A DNA stretch of 64,000 nucleotides from assembly GCA_002429385.1 (NCBI GenBank), contig DIZL01000048.1:800-64799 (forward strand), in the 5' to 3' direction. Of the stretch, positions 48,302-58,383 are shown piece by piece (within the stretch, counting starts at the first letter, position 1; the number at the start of each line of letters is the position of its first letter). This DNA is from Prolixibacteraceae bacterium UBA6029 (GTDB taxonomy: Bacteria > Bacteroidota > Bacteroidia > Bacteroidales > Prolixibacteraceae). The notes under the pieces are model-generated. The model was not told the origin of the DNA and did no database searches. It was given only the letters and a program-made list of their open reading frames with translations. A program made the position numbers and the translations under genes.

Positions 48302-48811
48302 ATGAAATCAATCTATTTTCTGGCAATAATACTGTTAATGGCTCTTACAGGATATACCCAGGGAACAGATATGGCTATTGGAGTCCGGGCAGGACTTTCC
48401 TCCGGATTTGAATATCGTGTTTTTGCGGACGACAATATTTCATATAAAGGATTGCTTTCAACACGGTTAAATGGACAGGGTTTACAGTTAACCGGTTTGA
48501 AGGAATATCATGTTCATGATGTTTTTGATATTGGCGAAGATTTGTCGTTTGTATATGGTTTTGGCGCCCATGGAGGTTTCGAATCATGGTATGTTTATGA
48601 TAGCAATGTTAATTTTCCCGAAATCATATACCGACATCGGAAATCAGGGCCAATTGCCGGGCTTGATGGTCTTGCTGCATTGGAATATACCATTCCTCAA
48701 ATGCCATTCGTGGTTGGTATTGAGGTAAAACCCTATTTCAACCTCTTCGGGGAAAATTTTATTCAACTACAACCATTTGATTTCGCCTTCACTGTAAAAT
48801 ATACTTTCTGA
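48302..48811 (+). CDS. Small outer-membrane beta-barrel protein (hypothetical)
   Basis: 169 aa with a signal peptide, an alternating beta pattern and the C-terminal aromatic FTVKYTF. Confidence 0.5.
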   Translation: MKSIYFLAIILLMALTGYTQGTDMAIGVRAGLSSGFEYRVFADDNISYKGLLSTRLNGQGLQLTGLKEYHVHDVFDIGEDLSFVYGFGAHGGFESWYVYDSNVNFPEIIYRHRKSGPIAGLDGLAALEYTIPQMPFVVGIEVKPYFNLFGENFIQLQPFDFAFTVKYTF

Positions 48812-48883
48812 TTCATAGTGTGATTTAAAGCTTAAGTGAAAGGCTTACGACGAACCGAAATTTTTTATCTTCCCAAATAAGCT

Positions 48884-48891
48884 TACTTTTG
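48884..48891 (+). promoter_or_regulatory. -7 box TACTTTTG upstream of the DMT transporter gene
   Basis: Exact TAnnTTTG motif 20 nt before ATG 48912. Confidence 0.5.
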
Positions 48892-48911
48892 CGGCTCATT
48901 AATAGATAAAA

Positions 48912-49829
48912 ATGAGGAATAAATCCTGGCTTCCCACAGGAGCTGCTATTTTGTCGATGATATTCTGGAGCTTTTCATTTGTCTGGGTCAAAATTGTGTA
49001 TGAAGCATATGGCCCGCTTACGACTATTTTCTTCAGGCTGATTATCTCTTCAGGATTAATGCTGATTTTCACTATACTTTCAAAGAAACTTCAAAAGATA
49101 GTTCCGGGTGATCTGAAACTTTTCATTATACTGGCATTATTCGAACCCTTCCTTTATTTTATGGGTGAAAGTTATGGATTAAAATATGTTTCATCAACTG
49201 TTGCCTCTGTCATTGTTGCGACCATCCCCCTCTTTTCACCTATTGCAGCCTGGTATCTTTATAAGGAAAAACTCAGCCGAACAAACCTGATTGGCCTGAT
49301 TATTACCTTTCTGGGGGTTAGCCTGGTTGTCCTCGACAATTCGTTCAATTTTACTGCCTCACCCCTGGGTGTCTCTCTTGAATTCCTTGCAGTTGCCGGA
49401 GCCATTGGTTATGCCAGCGTACTTAAAGGTATTTCGCACCGATACAATACATTCACCATTATTACCTATCAAAACATTATTGGAGCAATACTTTTTCTTC
49501 CTTTCTGGCTTGGATTTGAATTTCGGGATTTCACCCAGGTGGCCTTTAATCCAAGGTCGTTTGGTGCAATCGTTAAACTGGCCATCTTCGCTTCAACATT
49601 TTCATTCATCCTTTTCACATATAGTGTGCGCAATCTGGGCATTAATAAATCCAATATATTTATAAACATCATACCGGTATTTGTCGCCATCTTTGCCTAC
49701 CTGATCCTGGGAGACCAACTGAATCTTCATCAGATGATCGGAATTGCCGTGGTCATTTCCGGTTTGTTTTTAGCTCAAATCAATTGGAAAAGGAAAAAGA
49801 AGTTGCCCCTCCCTATCTATCAGGCCTGA
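48912..49829 (+). CDS. DMT-superfamily (EamA-type) transporter
   Basis: 305 aa with ~10 predicted TM helices in two EamA-like halves. Confidence 0.78.
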   Translation: MRNKSWLPTGAAILSMIFWSFSFVWVKIVYEAYGPLTTIFFRLIISSGLMLIFTILSKKLQKIVPGDLKLFIILALFEPFLYFMGESYGLKYVSSTVASVIVATIPLFSPIAAWYLYKEKLSRTNLIGLIITFLGVSLVVLDNSFNFTASPLGVSLEFLAVAGAIGYASVLKGISHRYNTFTIITYQNIIGAILFLPFWLGFEFRDFTQVAFNPRSFGAIVKLAIFASTFSFILFTYSVRNLGINKSNIFINIIPVFVAIFAYLILGDQLNLHQMIGIAVVISGLFLAQINWKRKKKLPLPIYQA

Positions 49830-49968
49830 AATTCTGGTTGAAAAGATGGAATAGCTCCTGCTTTCCGAAAGAATTCATTAAAGAAAAAGGAATAAAATTA
49901 ACCTTTCATCCACATGTTTGTTTATAAAAAGTCAAGATAGTATTTTACTGTTTATATCTTTAAGAACT

Positions 49969-50289
49969 GTGACCATAAGATGTCGAAATAATTTTGTTCC
50001 GCTGGTTTTTATTCACCTGTTGTTGCTGGCTTATCCGCTTGTAAGCAAGATAAGTCATGTACATCACTATGCAAAAATCCATCATGTATCATCAGGCGAG
50101 ACTTCGTTTGAAGAGCATGAAGAATCTTGTGCAGTATGCAATTTCGAATTTTACAGTTTTATTGGTTCTAATCCAATCACTGCAATCGTATATCTACAAA
50201 GCAACCCTATTTTCAACTCCCCCGAACCGGAATTTCATTATCGTCAGATTATACATTATTACTCACTTCGGGCGCCTCCTGCAGTATAA
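49969..50289 (+). CDS. Small His/Cys-containing membrane-anchored protein upstream of a TonB-dependent receptor (hypothetical)
   Basis: Track ORF 49918..50289 (TTG). The in-frame GTG 49969 gives MTIRCRNNFVPLVFIHLLLLAYPLV... (signal/anchor-like), then HVHHYAKIHHVSS...EEHEESCAVCNFEF. The start is uncertain. Confidence 0.4.
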   Translation: MTIRCRNNFVPLVFIHLLLLAYPLVSKISHVHHYAKIHHVSSGETSFEEHEESCAVCNFEFYSFIGSNPITAIVYLQSNPIFNSPEPEFHYRQIIHYYSLRAPPAV

Positions 50290-50420
50290 TTTCCAGTTTC
50301 CTTTCTTTTTATAAATCAATCCTGTAAAAAGAATTACTTACAGATCTGCAATTCAAATCTATTAATTTCAGGCAACATGAATTGAATTGACATCAATTCC
50401 TATATCATAAAAACATTCTT

Positions 50421-52868
50421 ATGCGAGTACAAATTATATTACTTACAGGAAGCTTACTTCTTACTATATCGTCCGTTTTTGCAAATCCTAATGCTGTTTT
50501 ATCCAACGCACATTTAAGCGGAAAAGTTACAGATATAAAGACAGGTGAATCGTTACCTGGGGTCACATTATACTTTCCTATATTGAAAGCAGGTGCAGTA
50601 ACCAAATCTGACGGAACTTACTTTATCGATAAACTCCCGGCTGCAAAGCTTCTTATTCAGGTCAACTTTATCGGGTATAAAATGCTGTCCAGGGAACTTG
50701 ATCTGGCAGTAACTCATATTATTGATTTTAGGTTGGAAGAGTCAGCCACTGAGATTAGTGAAGTAGTTGTAACGGGTCATTCGGATGGAATGGAGCCTAA
50801 CCAGACTCCATCTCCTATTGCAATTGTTCCTCTCACTCAACTGTTGCAAAATTCAGCTACCAATATTATTGATGCCCTTTCGAAGGTACCGGGCATATCG
50901 CAGGTGACCTCAGGTGTTGGAATTTCAAAACCCGTCATTCGGGGAATGGGTTATAACCGGGTTGTTGTCGTCAATGATGGAGTGAGACAGGAAGGTCAGC
51001 AATGGGGAGATGAACATGGGATTGAAATCGATGAAAACACCGTTAGTCATGTTGATATTTTAAAAGGGCCTGCCAGTCTGGCATATGGTTCGGATGCCAT
51101 GGCCGGTGTAATCAACATGATTTCAGCACCAACACTGCCCGAAGGATCGGTTAAGGGAAACATCACAAGTAATTACCAGACCAACAATGGATTGATTGCC
51201 TGGTCGGCTGATCTGGCCGGTAATAAAAACGGATTCATCTGGGATGCACGATTCAGTAACAAAATGGCACATGACTATCAAAACAGGTATGATGGATATG
51301 TTTATAATTCAGGTTTTCGGGAGAATGCAATCAACACAACACTTGGAATTAACCGAAGTTGGGGATTTTCACACCTCCACATTAGCTCATATTCTCTTGA
51401 ACCGGGAATTGTGGAAGGAGTTCGTGATTCGCTTACAGGAAAATTTCTAAAGACAACATTCAATAACAATGGGTCTCCCATCAGTCAACTTGCTACTTCA
51501 TCCGACTTTCTTTCTTATCAGCCAAACGCTCCGTTTCAGAAAATCAATCATTACAAAGCGGTTTGGAATAACAATTTATTCATTGGTAAGGGCAACCTCG
51601 AAGGGACTATCGGATTTCAGCAAAATCGCCGCAAGGAATTCCCAACACCTAACCAATATGGACTTTTCTTTTTGATGAATACCATTAATTATGACTTCAA
51701 ATACAATTTTCCTGAGATAAATAATTGGAAACTTATAACCGGAGTAAATGGCATGTGGCAACAATCACAAAACAAAGGCACTGAATTCCTGGTACCTTCC
51801 TATCATTTGTTTGATGTGGGTGCATTTGTTATTGCATCAAAAAAAGTCGGTAAACTTGATTTCAGTGGTGGCATTCGTTATGACAGAAGATCAGAAACAG
51901 GTGATGCACTTTATCTGAATGCAAACAATATACCTGTTTCTGCTATCGAACCGGGTGCAATCAAGCGTTTCGATTCATTTGACAAATCCTTTAATGGAAT
52001 CTCAGGAAGTGTAGGAGTAACCTACCAGATTACCGAATCCATCTTCACCAAGTTGAATATTTCTCGTGGTTTTCGCGCACCAAACATTGCAGAATTAGGA
52101 TCGAACGGGGTACATGAAGGCACTCAGCGATATGAAATTGGCAATCCTGCATTGAAATCGGAAAACAGCCTGCAACTGGATTATGCGCTTGGTTTAAATA
52201 CCACTCATGTTTCGGCCGAAATGGATTTATTTACCAATACGGTTAATCATTTCATTTTCAGCAAAAAGATTGATATATCTTCAAATACTAATCCTCAATT
52301 TGATAACCTTCCGGTATTTAAGTTTGGTGATGACAATGCTCATTTCTATGGTGGCGAATTTCAACTTGATATACATCCGCATCCTTTGGACTGGATTCAT
52401 TTTGAAAACACATTTTCCTATGTGATGGGAACACTTGATAATCAGCCTGCAAATGCACATTATTTACCATTTATACCAGCTCCCCATTGGATGTCAGACC
52501 TTAAAATTGAAATCAACACACTGAAACAATATTTATCAAATGCATACGTGAAATTCGGAATTGACAAAACATGGGAGCAAAACCATATTTATGCTGCTTT
52601 CAATACTGAAACATCAACCCCTGGTTATACTTTATTGGATATGGGTGCCGGGACAGATTTTGTTTACAGAAAGAAAACTGCATTTTCATTGTATATTTCA
52701 GTCAACAATCTTACTGATGTCGCCTACCAAAGCCATCTCAGTCGCCTTAAATATACCGGCATGGATTATGCCACAGGAAGAACAGGTATCTACAACCAGG
52801 GTCGGAATATAAGTTTCAAGCTATTAATTCCGATAGATATTGCCAGTTATAAGGGTAATGAGAACTAA
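50421..52868 (+). CDS. TonB-dependent receptor with a CarboxypepD_reg N-domain
   Basis: 815 aa. GKVTDIKTGESLPGVTLYF, plug (ALSKVPGISQV..GISKPVIRGMGYNRVVVVNDGVRQEGQQWGDEHG), and barrel to the C-terminus. Confidence 0.85.
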   Translation: MRVQIILLTGSLLLTISSVFANPNAVLSNAHLSGKVTDIKTGESLPGVTLYFPILKAGAVTKSDGTYFIDKLPAAKLLIQVNFIGYKMLSRELDLAVTHIIDFRLEESATEISEVVVTGHSDGMEPNQTPSPIAIVPLTQLLQNSATNIIDALSKVPGISQVTSGVGISKPVIRGMGYNRVVVVNDGVRQEGQQWGDEHGIEIDENTVSHVDILKGPASLAYGSDAMAGVINMISAPTLPEGSVKGNITSNYQTNNGLIAWSADLAGNKNGFIWDARFSNKMAHDYQNRYDGYVYNSGFRENAINTTLGINRSWGFSHLHISSYSLEPGIVEGVRDSLTGKFLKTTFNNNGSPISQLATSSDFLSYQPNAPFQKINHYKAVWNNNLFIGKGNLEGTIGFQQNRRKEFPTPNQYGLFFLMNTINYDFKYNFPEINNWKLITGVNGMWQQSQNKGTEFLVPSYHLFDVGAFVIASKKVGKLDFSGGIRYDRRSETGDALYLNANNIPVSAIEPGAIKRFDSFDKSFNGISGSVGVTYQITESIFTKLNISRGFRAPNIAELGSNGVHEGTQRYEIGNPALKSENSLQLDYALGLNTTHVSAEMDLFTNTVNHFIFSKKIDISSNTNPQFDNLPVFKFGDDNAHFYGGEFQLDIHPHPLDWIHFENTFSYVMGTLDNQPANAHYLPFIPAPHWMSDLKIEINTLKQYLSNAYVKFGIDKTWEQNHIYAAFNTETSTPGYTLLDMGAGTDFVYRKKTAFSLYISVNNLTDVAYQSHLSRLKYTGMDYATGRTGIYNQGRNISFKLLIPIDIASYKGNEN

Positions 52869-52943
52869 GTAGAAACACTGACCTGTTTAAAACTTCTCTG
52901 TGTTAATTTATGAGGTAATCAGTTTTTGATAACAATTAACACC

Positions 52944-52951
52944 TAAATTTG
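52944..52951 (+). promoter_or_regulatory. -7 box TAAATTTG upstream of the ykgJ-like/rimK pair
   Basis: Exact TAnnTTTG motif about 80 nt before ATG 53033. Confidence 0.4.
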
Positions 52952-53032
52952 CCAGAGTAATTAAATGGTTCTATAAGCCTGATCACATTTACTATTGTCC
53001 GGACAGAACCAATCAAAACAGAAATAACACAA

Positions 53033-53533
53033 ATGGATTTCATCCCATACAACAGGCCTGAAAAATTGAAGGAATTCAGCAACAACCGAAAGCAGGATTT
53101 CACGTTGCTCTTCAAAAAGCTGAAAGCAAAAAAGCCGAAGAACCTGGACGATGTGTTTCATGAGTTACACAATGAAGCCTTTGATCAGTTTGATTGCCTG
53201 ACATGTGCCAATTGCTGCTCAAGCATCAGCCCGGTTATTACCGAAAAAGACCTTGAGCGGCTTGCTAAAAGCGTGAAGATGAAAACCGTTGATTTTGTGG
53301 CACAGTATTTATACATCGATGAAGACCATGATTACGTTTTTAAACAAACACCTTGTCCTTTCCTGATGCCCGACAATTATTGCATGGTTTACGAAGACCG
53401 CCCAAGGGCTTGTCGTGAATATCCGCATACAGACCGTAAACGAATGTATCAGATATTAAACCTGACGCATAAAAACTGTGAGATTTGCCCTGTAGTATTT
53501 AGCATTACTGAAGAGTTGGTCAAGAAATATTAA
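53033..53533 (+). CDS. YkgJ-family (UPF0153) cysteine-cluster protein
   Basis: 166 aa. CLTCANCCS and later PCPFL..C..Y..RP..CREYP motifs. Confidence 0.72.
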   Translation: MDFIPYNRPEKLKEFSNNRKQDFTLLFKKLKAKKPKNLDDVFHELHNEAFDQFDCLTCANCCSSISPVITEKDLERLAKSVKMKTVDFVAQYLYIDEDHDYVFKQTPCPFLMPDNYCMVYEDRPRACREYPHTDRKRMYQILNLTHKNCEICPVVFSITEELVKKY

Positions 53534-53545
53534 AAAATTAGAATA

Positions 53546-54973
53546 ATGGAATTAAAAGAACATATAATTATAGGAGGGGCTGAATGGTGTGCTTTCCCGA
53601 ATTTGAATATTCCCGCTATTAAAGCGCGGGTAGATTCAGGAGCCAAAACGTCTTCAATTCATGCCAGTAACATCCAAAAGATAAATAAAAAGGGCGAGAA
53701 ATGGGTTAGCTTTGAAGTACATCCCATCCAGGATACCCGACGAATTACTCTGCGGTGTGAAGCCAAAGTCATTGCGCAAAGAATTGTCAAAAGCTCGAGC
53801 GGAATATCAGAAAAGAGGTACGTCATCCAATCATTGATGAAAATAGGCAATTACCAATGGAGTATAGAATTAACACTTGCCAACCGTGATTCGATGGGGT
53901 TTTGCATGCTGCTTGGACGTGAAGCCATGGAAAACCGTGTATTTGTTGATCCGGCCAATAGCTTCCTGCTTGGTAATTATTCCGAAGAAAAGATTGATGA
54001 ATTGTATCAACACATCAAGGATATCCGAAGTGGGTTGAGAATCGGCGTATTGGCAAGTAATCCTAAACTATACAGCAACCAACGCATCATGGAAGCCGGG
54101 AAAGAGCGTGGTCACGAAATGATCTTCCTGAATGTTGATCAATGTTACATGAAGCTTGATTCGACTAATCCTGAAGTCAGATACCGGGGAGGCAGTAGTC
54201 TAAATAACCTTGATGCCATCATCCCCCGAATAAAACCCAACCTTACTTTTTACAGTTGTGCTTTAATCAGGCAATTTGATTCTCTTGGTATCTTTTGTGC
54301 CAACTCCTGGGAATCAATCAGCAAATCGCGTGACAAACTATATTCATCACAGTTATTTTCACAGAATGGGATTCAGATACCCATAACTGGCTTTGCAAAA
54401 TCGCCACTCGACACCTCCGATCTGATCAACATGGTTAAAGGAGCACCACTGGTTATTAAGTTACTCGAAGGAACGCAAGGAAAAGGAGTGGTACTGGCTG
54501 AAAACACAAAGGCAGCAGAGAGTGTAATAAACGCTTTTAAGAGCCTTCATGCCAATATATTGGTTCAGGAGTTCATTAAGGAAGCCGCAGGTAAAGACAT
54601 TCGCTGTTTTGTGATTGATGGCAAAGTGGTGGCGTCCATTCAACGTGAAGCAGTAAAAGGAGAATTCAGGGCCAATCTGCATCAGGGGGGCAAGGCTTCG
54701 GTAATAAAGATAACGGCTGAAGAGAAAAAACTGGCAGTGAAAGCCGCCAAAGTACTTGGCCTGCATATCGCCGGTGTAGATATTATACGTTCCAACAGAG
54801 GACCACTCGTTCTTGAAGTGAACTCTTCACCCGGGTTGGAAGGCATTGAAAAAGCCACAGGGAAAGATATTGCCGCCTTGATGATTACTTCAATCGAAAG
54901 GCAACTTGGCTGGCAGCGCGAACTTATAATACGGTTACCTGAAAATGAAATTATCCTTCAGGAGACTCATTAA
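53546..54973 (+). CDS. rimK: RimK-type ATP-grasp ligase fused to an N-terminal retropepsin-like (ATP-dependent zinc protease, DUF785-like) domain
   Basis: 475 aa. The N-terminal domain contains GAEWCAFPNLNIPAIKARVDSGAKTSSIHA. The C-terminal ATP-grasp contains PLVIKLLEGTQGKGVVL...ANLHQGG...GVDIIRSNRGPLVLEVNSSPGL. Confidence 0.78.
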   Translation: MELKEHIIIGGAEWCAFPNLNIPAIKARVDSGAKTSSIHASNIQKINKKGEKWVSFEVHPIQDTRRITLRCEAKVIAQRIVKSSSGISEKRYVIQSLMKIGNYQWSIELTLANRDSMGFCMLLGREAMENRVFVDPANSFLLGNYSEEKIDELYQHIKDIRSGLRIGVLASNPKLYSNQRIMEAGKERGHEMIFLNVDQCYMKLDSTNPEVRYRGGSSLNNLDAIIPRIKPNLTFYSCALIRQFDSLGIFCANSWESISKSRDKLYSSQLFSQNGIQIPITGFAKSPLDTSDLINMVKGAPLVIKLLEGTQGKGVVLAENTKAAESVINAFKSLHANILVQEFIKEAAGKDIRCFVIDGKVVASIQREAVKGEFRANLHQGGKASVIKITAEEKKLAVKAAKVLGLHIAGVDIIRSNRGPLVLEVNSSPGLEGIEKATGKDIAALMITSIERQLGWQRELIIRLPENEIILQETH

Positions 54974-55033
54974 ACTAAGGTTAACAAGGAGCTCAGACCT
55001 AATTGCTTGTTAGGTTGTTCAAAAGCCTTTTCT

Positions 55034-55041
55034 TATTTTTG
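55034..55041 (+). promoter_or_regulatory. -7 box TATTTTTG upstream of tpiA
   Basis: Exact TAnnTTTG motif 36 nt before ATG 55078. Confidence 0.5.
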
Positions 55042-55077
55042 GGAGAAATTTCAAAAAACTATTAAAACCAATTGATA

Positions 55078-55836
55078 ATGAGAAAGAAAATTGTTGCCGG
55101 TAACTGGAAATGCAATACAACCGTACAGGAAGGTGTTGAACTCGCAAAATCAGTAAATGAATTAGTAGCTAAATCAGGTGTTAAAAATGTAGTCGTCGTT
55201 CTTGGAACTCCATTTACCCATCTTACCAGTATTGTTGCTGTTGTTGATATCAAACTCGTTGGTGTTGCCGCACAAAATTGTGCAGCTGAGGCCAAAGGCG
55301 CTTTCACCGGAGAAGTTTCGGCTTCAATGGTTAAATCAACCGGAGCGGAATATGTGATTCTAGGTCATTCTGAACGTCGCGAATATTATGGCGAAACAAG
55401 CGAAACACTCAATAAAAAAGTTGCACTGGCACTGTCAAATAACCTAACTCCAATTTATTGCTGTGGCGAAGCTTTAGCTATCCGTGAGGCTAACGAACAA
55501 AATGCCTACGTTAAAACACAACTTGAAGAAACAGTTTTCAACCTCAGCCCTGAAGATTTCTCGAAATTGGCCATTGCTTACGAACCAATCTGGGCAATCG
55601 GAACTGGTGTAACAGCTTCAACCGCTCAGGCACAGGAAATGTTGGCTTATATCCGTGGTTTAATTTCCAACAAATTTGGTAAAGCTATAGCTGAAGAAAC
55701 CTCGATTCTTTACGGTGGCAGCTGTAACGCTAAAAATGCCCCTGAATTATTTGCTCAGGCAGATATCGATGGTGGATTAATTGGTGGCGCTTCACTGAAA
55801 GCTGAAGATTTCCTGGGAATAATCACTGCATACTAA
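55078..55836 (+). CDS. tpiA: triose-phosphate isomerase
   Basis: [16 protein letters not shown] and [11 protein letters not shown] motifs. ATG 55078 is preferred over TTG 55072. Confidence 0.9.
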   Translation: MRKKIVAGNWKCNTTVQEGVELAKSVNELVAKSGVKNVVVVLGTPFTHLTSIVAVVDIKLVGVAAQNCAAEAKGAFTGEVSASMVKSTGAEYVILGHSERREYYGETSETLNKKVALALSNNLTPIYCCGEALAIREANEQNAYVKTQLEETVFNLSPEDFSKLAIAYEPIWAIGTGVTASTAQAQEMLAYIRGLISNKFGKAIAEETSILYGGSCNAKNAPELFAQADIDGGLIGGASLKAEDFLGIITAY

Positions 55837-55842
55837 TCAAGA

Positions 55843-56005
55843 AAAAAGGAATAAGGGAAAAGGAATAACTAATACATGGTGACTTATTCCTAAACAAAAT
55901 ACGAAGGCTATTCGGCAACGGATGGCCTTTTTTAGTTACATTTGAACTTTACTTTATTGCCAATTACCAATAACTTTTTCCTTATTCCTTTTTCCTTATT
56001 TCACT
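55843..56005. repeat. Low-complexity AGGAATAAGG/CCTTATTCC word repeats with embedded hairpins
   Basis: aaaaaggaataagggaaaaggaataac on the left and tttttccttattcctttttccttatttc on the right. aggaataa/ttattcct hairpin at 55861-55891. aaggc..gcctttttt terminator-like hairpin at about 55903-55933. Confidence 0.6.
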
Positions 56006-56012
56006 TTTCTAT

Positions 56013-56846
56013 ATGAATTACACAAAAATCAGCTTTAAACTAAATCCTGACAATCAGGAAAATCGCGAAATATTGATCGCAGTGCTTTCTGACCTTGCAT
56101 TCGAGAGTTTTGATGAATCAGAGGACTTCGTTATGGGTTACGTTCCAGGAGAATCAGTAAATCTTCAGGAGATTAAGGATATAACTACTGCCCTGCCCTT
56201 TTCAGTCGATACAGATAATGAAGTGATTCCCGATCAGAACTGGAATGAAGTGTGGGAAAAGAACTACTTTAAACCTTTACTCATTGGCAATCGCTGTCTG
56301 GTTCGGGCACCTTTTCATACTGAATATGAGCCTGCTGAATTTGAGTTGGTTATCGAACCAAAAATGGCCTTCGGAACCGGTAACCATGAAACCACCACTC
56401 TTGTTGCTGAACAAATACTGAAGATGGAACTCGAAGGCAAAACGGTTCTCGACATGGGTTGTGGAACAGGGATTCTGGGGATGCTGGCTTCTCTCAAAGG
56501 AGCAAAAAGCGTTACAGCTATCGATATCGATACCTGGTCATTTGAAAGCACCGTTGAAAACTCACGTTTGAACAATATTTTCAATATTGAAGCCAAACTG
56601 GGAGATGCCGGTTTGCTTGGGGCTGAAACTTATGAAATTATATTTGCCAACATACAGAAAAACGTAATTATTAAAGATTTGCCTGCCTATGAAAAAGTAT
56701 TGCAATCAGGAGGCAATATCTATCTGAGTGGATTCTACGCTCAGGATATGCCTGATATAAAAAGGAAGGCTGAATCGCTGGGTCTCATCGAAACCGGATA
56801 TCAGGAAAAGAATAACTGGGTAGTCTATTCTTTTAAAAAACCCTAA
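56013..56846 (+). CDS. prmA: ribosomal protein L11 methyltransferase
   Basis: 277 aa. FGTGNHETT and SAM-binding VLDMGCGTGILG. Confidence 0.85.
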   Translation: MNYTKISFKLNPDNQENREILIAVLSDLAFESFDESEDFVMGYVPGESVNLQEIKDITTALPFSVDTDNEVIPDQNWNEVWEKNYFKPLLIGNRCLVRAPFHTEYEPAEFELVIEPKMAFGTGNHETTTLVAEQILKMELEGKTVLDMGCGTGILGMLASLKGAKSVTAIDIDTWSFESTVENSRLNNIFNIEAKLGDAGLLGAETYEIIFANIQKNVIIKDLPAYEKVLQSGGNIYLSGFYAQDMPDIKRKAESLGLIETGYQEKNNWVVYSFKKP

Positions 56847-56926
56847 ATACAGAACATGAGATCACTGGTCCTATCAGCCATTTAAACCGTATCGACCTGA
56901 CAGAACTCCGCTACCTGCTTTTTAAT

Positions 56927-56981
56927 GAAGCCAGAAGGCTGGAAATAGGCAATAACGGGACGCAATCTATCTTCCGGCTTC
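56927..56981. terminator. Hairpin between convergent prmA and the GH5 gene
   Basis: gaagccagaag (56927-56937) pairs with cttccggcttc (56971-56981) at 10/11 positions, with a large loop. Confidence 0.4.
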
Positions 56982-56989
56982 AGAATTGA

Positions 56990-58156
56990 TTAGTGTTTCT
57001 TCAATAAATCAAGCATCTTTCGATCTAACTTATGTCCGTGCCAATCTTCGTATTGGACATCTTTCCTTCCTGAATCCAATACACCGAAGTCACCTCTGAA
57101 ATTCCATAAAGCATAACCAATCTGGTTTTCAGTCAAAATATCCAGTACATCGCCAAACCAGGCCAGGAACACTTCATGCGGGGTTTCCTTCCAACACCCA
57201 CATTCACCGCAATGAACACCAATACCTTGTTTTACCAGTTCAATCCATGGTTGATATAATTCTTCCAGGTTCTTCTTGCTAAACGATTTACCATCAATTA
57301 CTCCCGGCCAAACGGGTTTAGGTGCATCATCAGGATTTTTAAATACCCACGGTGCACGGTAATGAGAAATATAATGAGGGAAATAACCACGACAGCTTTG
57401 CGCGATATTCTGGTCGGTAATTTCCTTAATTACATTGGAACCACCACTATTTCCGTCAGCTATGACCAAATGGTCAGGATTCGATTTGCGTATGGCACTA
57501 GCCGCAGCTATAGCGACTTTCCGATATACAGCGCCCGGAACGGCAGAAGTTTTAGAGAACTGATCGTTCATAACTTCTTTCATAAGCGGTTCGTTCACCA
57601 GGTCAAAGCTTATCTTTTTCGATGAAACAGTAGCAAACCGTTTTCCCCACATTTCCCAGTGGTAACAAAAAGCATCCAGGGCTTCCTGATCTTTCCAAAG
57701 ATTGTAAGGCTCATGAAACCCTGCGTTGATGCAATAGCCCGGTGCCCTGTGTAAATTAATACTGACATGCAAACCAGCCTCCTGTGCTGAAAAGACCAAT
57801 TCCTGAATCTGATCGACCACTTTTTCATTGATGTTCAGTATATCAGCCGGAGTGACATTCTTCTCAGGATCGAAATTGATATATCTGGGATAAGCCATTG
57901 GAAGCCTTACGAAATCGAAGCCCCAGTCTACCATCCATTTAAAATCGTCTTTTGTCGACTTTGACCGGTCATTTCCTTTGGGTGGAAAAGCCCCGAAATA
58001 ATCGAGCAGGTTAAAACCACGCCAGCGTGGAAGGGCATTTTTCACAGTAGGTTGAAATGTATTACCAAAAGCAAGGTTACCTGTCAACGCTGTAGCTGCA
58101 GTAATAAGCCCTGTTGTTTTGATAAATGATCGGCGGTTAATGTGTTGGTTTTCCAT
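56990..58156 (-). CDS. Glycoside hydrolase family 5 (cellulase/mannanase-type) with a Tat signal
   Basis: 388 aa. Twin-arginine signal NRRSFIKTTGLITAATA and acid/base motif FDLVNEP. Confidence 0.78.
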   Translation of the reverse strand: MENQHINRRSFIKTTGLITAATALTGNLAFGNTFQPTVKNALPRWRGFNLLDYFGAFPPKGNDRSKSTKDDFKWMVDWGFDFVRLPMAYPRYINFDPEKNVTPADILNINEKVVDQIQELVFSAQEAGLHVSINLHRAPGYCINAGFHEPYNLWKDQEALDAFCYHWEMWGKRFATVSSKKISFDLVNEPLMKEVMNDQFSKTSAVPGAVYRKVAIAAASAIRKSNPDHLVIADGNSGGSNVIKEITDQNIAQSCRGYFPHYISHYRAPWVFKNPDDAPKPVWPGVIDGKSFSKKNLEELYQPWIELVKQGIGVHCGECGCWKETPHEVFLAWFGDVLDILTENQIGYALWNFRGDFGVLDSGRKDVQYEDWHGHKLDRKMLDLLKKH

Positions 58157-58318
58157 AGGTTTTTTAGGTTAATTTGATCCATTTTCATAAGGGAACAATA
58201 GTACTTGATGCGAAGATAATACAAACCCGCATATCCTGATGATTTGTTATTCGATTAATTTCTGAATTTCATTCCTCAATCAGTTATAAAGTTTTCTCTT
58301 TAATCTGCTTTCAAAAAG

Positions 58319-58326
58319 TATATTTG
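58319..58326 (+). promoter_or_regulatory. -7 box TATATTTG upstream of the yhcH-like gene
   Basis: Exact TAnnTTTG motif about 57 nt before ATG 58384. Confidence 0.45.
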
Positions 58327-58383
58327 TAGGAAATTATCAAATCAGTTGATTCTTACCATTATATAACAGCTTAAATTTACCAT

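Noticed and set aside
49918-49968. TTG 49918 as the start of the small His/Cys protein, and likewise the TTG starts at 12793, 40172, 45683, 55072, 59252, 61128 and 43128.
   Set aside because: The upstream extensions add residues that do not look native or precede -7 boxes. Downstream ATG or GTG codons give canonical N-termini. The exact starts remain unverified.
50290-50420. A riboswitch (for example cobalamin) upstream of the TonB-dependent receptors at 50421 and 29299.
   Set aside because: No B12-box (GCCACTG-like) or other recognisable conserved riboswitch core was seen. The leaders are short and AT-rich.
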